NCBI GenBank assembly: GCA_030681595.1
Contig: JAUXSB010000056.1
Coordinates: forward strand, 10,009 to 74,008
From: Candidatus Omnitrophota bacterium
GTDB taxonomy: Bacteria; Omnitrophota; Gorgyraeia; Ghiorseimicrobiales; Ghiorseimicrobiaceae
Direction of reading: 5' to 3'
Length of the DNA stretch: 64,000 nt
Positions 60,732 to 64,000 of the stretch are shown in pieces (position 1 is the first letter of the stretch; each line of letters starts with the position of its first letter). The notes beneath the pieces were generated by a model. That model did not search any database. It had not been told where the DNA came from and saw only the letters and a program-made list of their open reading frames with translations. The position numbers were made by a program, and so were the translations under genes.

Positions 60732-60918
60732 CTCCTTTTAATCTAATTAGTTAAAATAAAAGAGGGCAGTTTTAAGTCATGCCCGGGACTTTTTAGTGGT
60801 AGTGTTAGCATTAGCTTTTCCCCGCTGATGTCCTTATCCATTCATAGACAAGTGAGAAGGTGTTTTCATCCTTCGTAGGGTCTGGTTTTAAGTCCAGCAA
60901 CTTCTTTCCTCCTTTCTG

Positions 60919-61161
60919 TTAAACCTGATATACCTCAAGCACAATGCTTTGTAGCTCGCTTTGCATTGACTTGTCCACCAATGTAACGGTCGGATACCAC
61001 TTGCTGTCCTTGCCTTGTGATTTTGGCATCGTTACAAATAATCCATTGGTGCCCTCAATTATTCTCACTCCTTTCACAAGAACTTGGTTTATCACAACAT
61101 CGGCAAACGCCTTCAATGACGAGCCGTTTTCAACCCGATGCAACCTCGCAACCTCTATCAT
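60919..61161 (-). CDS. spoVG: SpoVG-family protein
   Basis: IEVARLHRVENGSSLKAFADVVINQVLVKGVRIIEGTNGLFVTMPKSQ is collinear with B. subtilis SpoVG ([49 protein letters not shown]). Confidence 0.75.
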   Translation of the reverse strand: MIEVARLHRVENGSSLKAFADVVINQVLVKGVRIIEGTNGLFVTMPKSQGKDSKWYPTVTLVDKSMQSELQSIVLEVYQV

Positions 61162-61501
61162 TTTTTACCTCCTCTCCCCATCTCTGCGCTTCCCTGATTT
61201 TCTTAACTTCGCTTGCTTTACAAGGATTCCAATGCAAATCCCTGTCAACCTCAACAAAGCTCACCTTGAGACTGCTTAACTCTTCAAGGCTGAAATAGCC
61301 CCACTCTGCCATTTCAAGATCATTATTGAGTATCGCGAACCCAAAGAAACATTTTTCCTCAGGTGAATACTCGCAGGCATACCAGTCACAGCCACCGATG
61401 AAAAAATGCATGTGAATCATCTTTTTCTTGAGATGCACTTCCTCACTTGAATAAAAAGCCGGCAGCTTTGCCATCTCTTCTTTTGTAGGCATGTTCCACA
61501 T
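61130..61501 (-). CDS. DUF2958-family protein (typical ICE/plasmid cargo)
   Basis: GGCDWYACEYSPEEKCFFGFAIL ... AEWGYFSLEEL matches the DUF2958 core pattern. Confidence 0.5.
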   Translation of the reverse strand: MWNMPTKEEMAKLPAFYSSEEVHLKKKMIHMHFFIGGCDWYACEYSPEEKCFFGFAILNNDLEMAEWGYFSLEELSSLKVSFVEVDRDLHWNPCKASEVKKIREAQRWGEEVKNDRGCEVASG

Positions 61502-61532
61502 GATTCAGCTCCTTTCTCTTTAACCTGTCTTT

Positions 61533-61778
61533 TTATTCGAGAATCAGATTTTTCCCTGCAATAAGAATCTCTCCCGGGCTCTTGAGCTTCCCGAGGATTT
61601 CCTTATTAACAAGCACTGCCAGCGGCTCGGTAACGTAATCCCCTTGCGTGCCGTTCAGGGCAGCAATAACCGCTGTATCTATACCCCCTAATTCCGTTGC
61701 AAGCAGCACAAAATTGCTGAACTGACCGCTTATTATGTGCCTGTATTTCTTTGTCTCTTCAGGGGTAATATCCCTCAT
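61533..61778 (-). CDS. Hypothetical small protein
   Basis: 81-aa ORF. Confidence 0.3.
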   Translation of the reverse strand: MRDITPEETKKYRHIISGQFSNFVLLATELGGIDTAVIAALNGTQGDYVTEPLAVLVNKEILGKLKSPGEILIAGKNLILE

Positions 61779-61791
61779 CCGTCATCTCCTT

Positions 61792-62034
61792 TCATTTTTC
61801 ATCGTTAATGTAGCAACCCTTACAGTCATCATTTTTGTCAGCAAGGCAGGCCTCGCAGATAATATCTCCTGCTACTGCCTTTAATGACTGCTTAATCAAT
61901 GATTCTGCAATCTCTGTCATTGGCTTTTTGTAAACCCTTTTCAGCCTGTAGATTGTTCTTACTGCCTTTTCACTCAATACTGGACTGTACAACTTTCTCC
62001 TCCTTTCCGCTGCAGAAGCTGCATTCGCACGCAC
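61792..62034 (-). CDS. Small Cys-rich protein (C-terminal CxxC ... CxGC)
   Basis: ICEACLADKNDDCKGCYINDEK. Likely start at the internal Met (MTEIAESL). Confidence 0.3.
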   Translation of the reverse strand: MRANAASAAERRRKLYSPVLSEKAVRTIYRLKRVYKKPMTEIAESLIKQSLKAVAGDIICEACLADKNDDCKGCYINDEK

Positions 62035-62111
62035 TCCAGCCGCAGCACGCGCACATCATGCAACCCCCAGCATGAATAATCTGAGAGCCACAATCCGGGC
62101 AAAATTCCATG
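61974..62111 (-). CDS. Unannotated 45-aa Cys-rich peptide MEFCPDCGSQIIHAGGCMMCACCGWSACECSFCSGKEEKVVQSSIE
   Basis: ATG at 62111..62109, TGA at 61976..61974. Nine Cys in 45 aa. Different frame from the track ORF 61974..62156, and below the track cutoff. Confidence 0.35.
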   Translation of the reverse strand, partial: HGILPGLWLSDYSCWGLHDVRVLRLECVRMQLLQRKGGESCTVQY

Positions 62112-62196
62112 ACAATCACCCCCTTCCTGAAAAATAAAAAGAGAGGGCAAAAACATCCCGTTAAAACCTTCGCGAGTAAAAACAGGAATGCCCCCT

Positions 62197-62820
62197 CTAT
62201 CTGCTTTTGTATTCAGAATAAAGAATTCCGTATCTTAATTCATTGTGCCATTTTCCATATCTGAATCTCGGCTCTCTTATTTTTCCTTCGAGCTTGAAGC
62301 CCGATTTTTCCAAAACTCTTCTTGAGGCAATATTTTCCTCAAATAAACCTGCGTAAATCTTATGGAGCTTGAGCCTTCTGAAACCAAACTCTATGAGCAA
62401 TTTGGCTGCCTCTGTCATAAACCCCTGTTCCCAATATCTCTTTCCCAGCCAATAGCCGATTTCTGCATTTCTGTTTTTGTAATCCAGCTTGAGCAGTGTT
62501 ATGACGCCTATGACTTTATTCTCTTTTTTCAGCATTATGCCAAAGGCGTATGCTTTCTTTTTTCTTGCATCGTAATGCGTTTTTCTTATAAATCTGGTGG
62601 CGCTATCTTTGAAGTACGGATGCGGAATGTTCAAAGTCCACCTGATAATCTCTCTATCCTTTACATTTTGATAAATGTCCTCGCTATCAGAAAATCTTAA
62701 TTTCCTAAGTGTTATTCTTTCCCCCGATATTTCTGATGTTGCCTTAATGTCATTACTTAAACTCATGCCCCCTCCTTTCCTTAACTGTTTAGAAATAAAA
62801 AAGAGCAACGCTATAAGCAA
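62197..62820 (-). CDS. GNAT-family N-acetyltransferase (RimJ/RimL-like)
   Basis: ITLRKLRFSDSEDIYQ ... RYWEQGFMTEAAKLLIEFGF ... HKIYAGLFEENIASRRVLEKSGF is the RimJ-type Acetyltransf_3 pattern. Confidence 0.7.
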   Translation of the reverse strand: MLIALLFFISKQLRKGGGMSLSNDIKATSEISGERITLRKLRFSDSEDIYQNVKDREIIRWTLNIPHPYFKDSATRFIRKTHYDARKKKAYAFGIMLKKENKVIGVITLLKLDYKNRNAEIGYWLGKRYWEQGFMTEAAKLLIEFGFRRLKLHKIYAGLFEENIASRRVLEKSGFKLEGKIREPRFRYGKWHNELRYGILYSEYKSR

Positions 62821-62977
62821 TTGCTCTTTCGCTAAAAGGCATAAAGATGCCTTATAAATAACTCCCCATCAAGAGAAGTTATTATTTTGTGTTAAAAATA
62901 CCTGGAATTTAAGTGGCGGGGTTTTAAATACCTTTTCAGCAAAGTATATTAATGGAAGATTTGGGGCTAATAAAGAA

Positions 62978-63919
62978 TTAATCTATTTCAAAATTCAAGA
63001 CAGAGGTTATCTTTATCTTGGCATTAATCAGTTTATTTTCAGCCAGGCATTGCCGGATTTTTTCTTCTGCTTCTTTGCTTGTCGCAACGCAGACAGTATT
63101 GTCAAACGCCTTTAAATCCCTTGCAATATTCCTGATGAAATCAGAGCTGCCTGTTTCTATCTCAATGGCTGTCTGCCTGCTTTTATTGAGGATGATAATA
63201 TCGGGCCTGCCGTTAATGTGCTCTTCAACGAGAATTTCAAACCCTTTATTTTTGTAATACTCGGCTATCCTGAATTTCCAGAATTTATGCTCTATGCCTT
63301 CTTTGTCATCCTTGACTTCATAACCCAAATCCCTCAGCAGGCCTTTTCCTTTTGGAGTTAATTCAAACAATGTTATCCAGCCTGAGTTAGTAATAATCCT
63401 TACCGGCTTGATAAAGCCATTTTCAATCAATGAGCTCCTGTGCCGGTTTCCTGTGCCCGGGCTTATGTTCATTCTCCTGTATCTCTGGGTTATCCCGGAA
63501 AGCTGATTTGTAAAAACGTCTATAAGAAGCCTTTCGGGAGGGGTATTCGCATATTCGCATCTTTCTCTAACCTTACTATTATCCCCCTGCGAATACCCCC
63601 TGTTTTCATCGCTTTTACCGTCGCTGGCAGGCTTGGAATACCCCCTCCCGTGCTCTTTAAGCCAATCATCAGTTATCTTGCCCTTTTCAACAGGCACGTA
63701 GAGGAACTGGGTAAGGCATGGATTTATTCTCTCCATTATTTTGACTATTCCCTGGCCTGTTTTGAGCATGTTCAAATATGCCTCATCATCTCTTGGCAGA
63801 AACATCGCCTTTCTTGCCGACTCTATGTCCTCCTGGTGCTGCAATGCAAGAAATATCAGGGTATGGGAATTACCAAGAACGTAAATCGGCAGAAGCGAGG
63901 GATGCTGCGTAATGCTCAC
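62978..63919 (-). CDS. Hypothetical protein whose C-terminal 170 aa is paralogous to the ATPase C-terminal wHTH plus Hjc-like nuclease module
   Basis: GIEHKFWKFRIAEYYK ... GRPDIIIL ... TAIEIETGSSDF aligns position-for-position with the ATPase C-terminus GYEHLVWQHLVVEHFK ... GKFIDVAV ... IAIEVAMSSLH. The preceding segment (GFIKPVRIITNSGWITLFELTPKGKGLL) aligns with the ATPase wHTH. The N-terminus may extend beyond 63919. Confidence 0.5.
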   Translation of the reverse strand: MSITQHPSLLPIYVLGNSHTLIFLALQHQEDIESARKAMFLPRDDEAYLNMLKTGQGIVKIMERINPCLTQFLYVPVEKGKITDDWLKEHGRGYSKPASDGKSDENRGYSQGDNSKVRERCEYANTPPERLLIDVFTNQLSGITQRYRRMNISPGTGNRHRSSLIENGFIKPVRIITNSGWITLFELTPKGKGLLRDLGYEVKDDKEGIEHKFWKFRIAEYYKNKGFEILVEEHINGRPDIIILNKSRQTAIEIETGSSDFIRNIARDLKAFDNTVCVATSKEAEEKIRQCLAENKLINAKIKITSVLNFEID

Positions 63920-64000
63920 GATTCCCTGCCCGAAGCTTCTTATCTCACGATAAACATTCTCAAGGCTGTCTATCCTGTCCTTCTCATATTTTATCTTCTG

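Overview
This 64-kb window is a bacterial chromosome segment, apparently from a diderm (outer-membrane-bearing) bacterium: it encodes LptE-like and BamD-like lipoproteins, PilT, and outer-membrane beta-barrel-like proteins ending in a C-terminal Phe. Almost every gene lies on the minus strand. Positions 1 to about 42.4 kb are host backbone. It carries secA (5' part), prfB with the conserved programmed +1 frameshift, a uvrC-ogt-pilT string, murJ, rpsT, a short holA, an lptE-like gene and a BamD-like TPR gene. It also carries a large secreted glycoside hydrolase, an S8 subtilase with PD40-type repeats, gltB-gltD glutamate synthase with a Fis-like gene upstream, an orphan CheY receiver, pgi, glnK-amtB, a CaCA exchanger, a trehalose cluster (sensor-fused otsA, otsB, a treT-like GT4 gene), an ArsR-controlled cluster (NapH-like ferredoxin, DsrE-like, ArsM-like methyltransferase) and a sigma-70 family factor. 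At about 43.1 kb the comEC gene is interrupted by a mobile element: a large serine recombinase sits 11 nt from the retained ComEC competence domain, and ComEC homology continues into the recombinase 3' end. From there to the window end (at least 21 kb) runs an integrative element made mostly of uncharacterised genes. These include a 650-aa FtsK/HerA-type P-loop ATPase fused to a winged-helix plus Hjc-like nuclease module, and the same module recurs in a second protein near 63 kb. The element also carries Cys/His-rich, acidic and Gly/Ser-repeat small proteins, a tyrosine integrase flanked by a 740-bp gene-free, strongly strand-skewed GTAG-repeat region with 19-nt tandem repeats, SpoVG, DUF2958, a GNAT acetyltransferase and Cys-rich micro-ORFs. 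Other points of interest are a REP-like 25-nt palindromic repeat family, heptanucleotide repeats inside two coding regions, and several intrinsic terminators. No rRNA, tRNA or CRISPR array was recognised.
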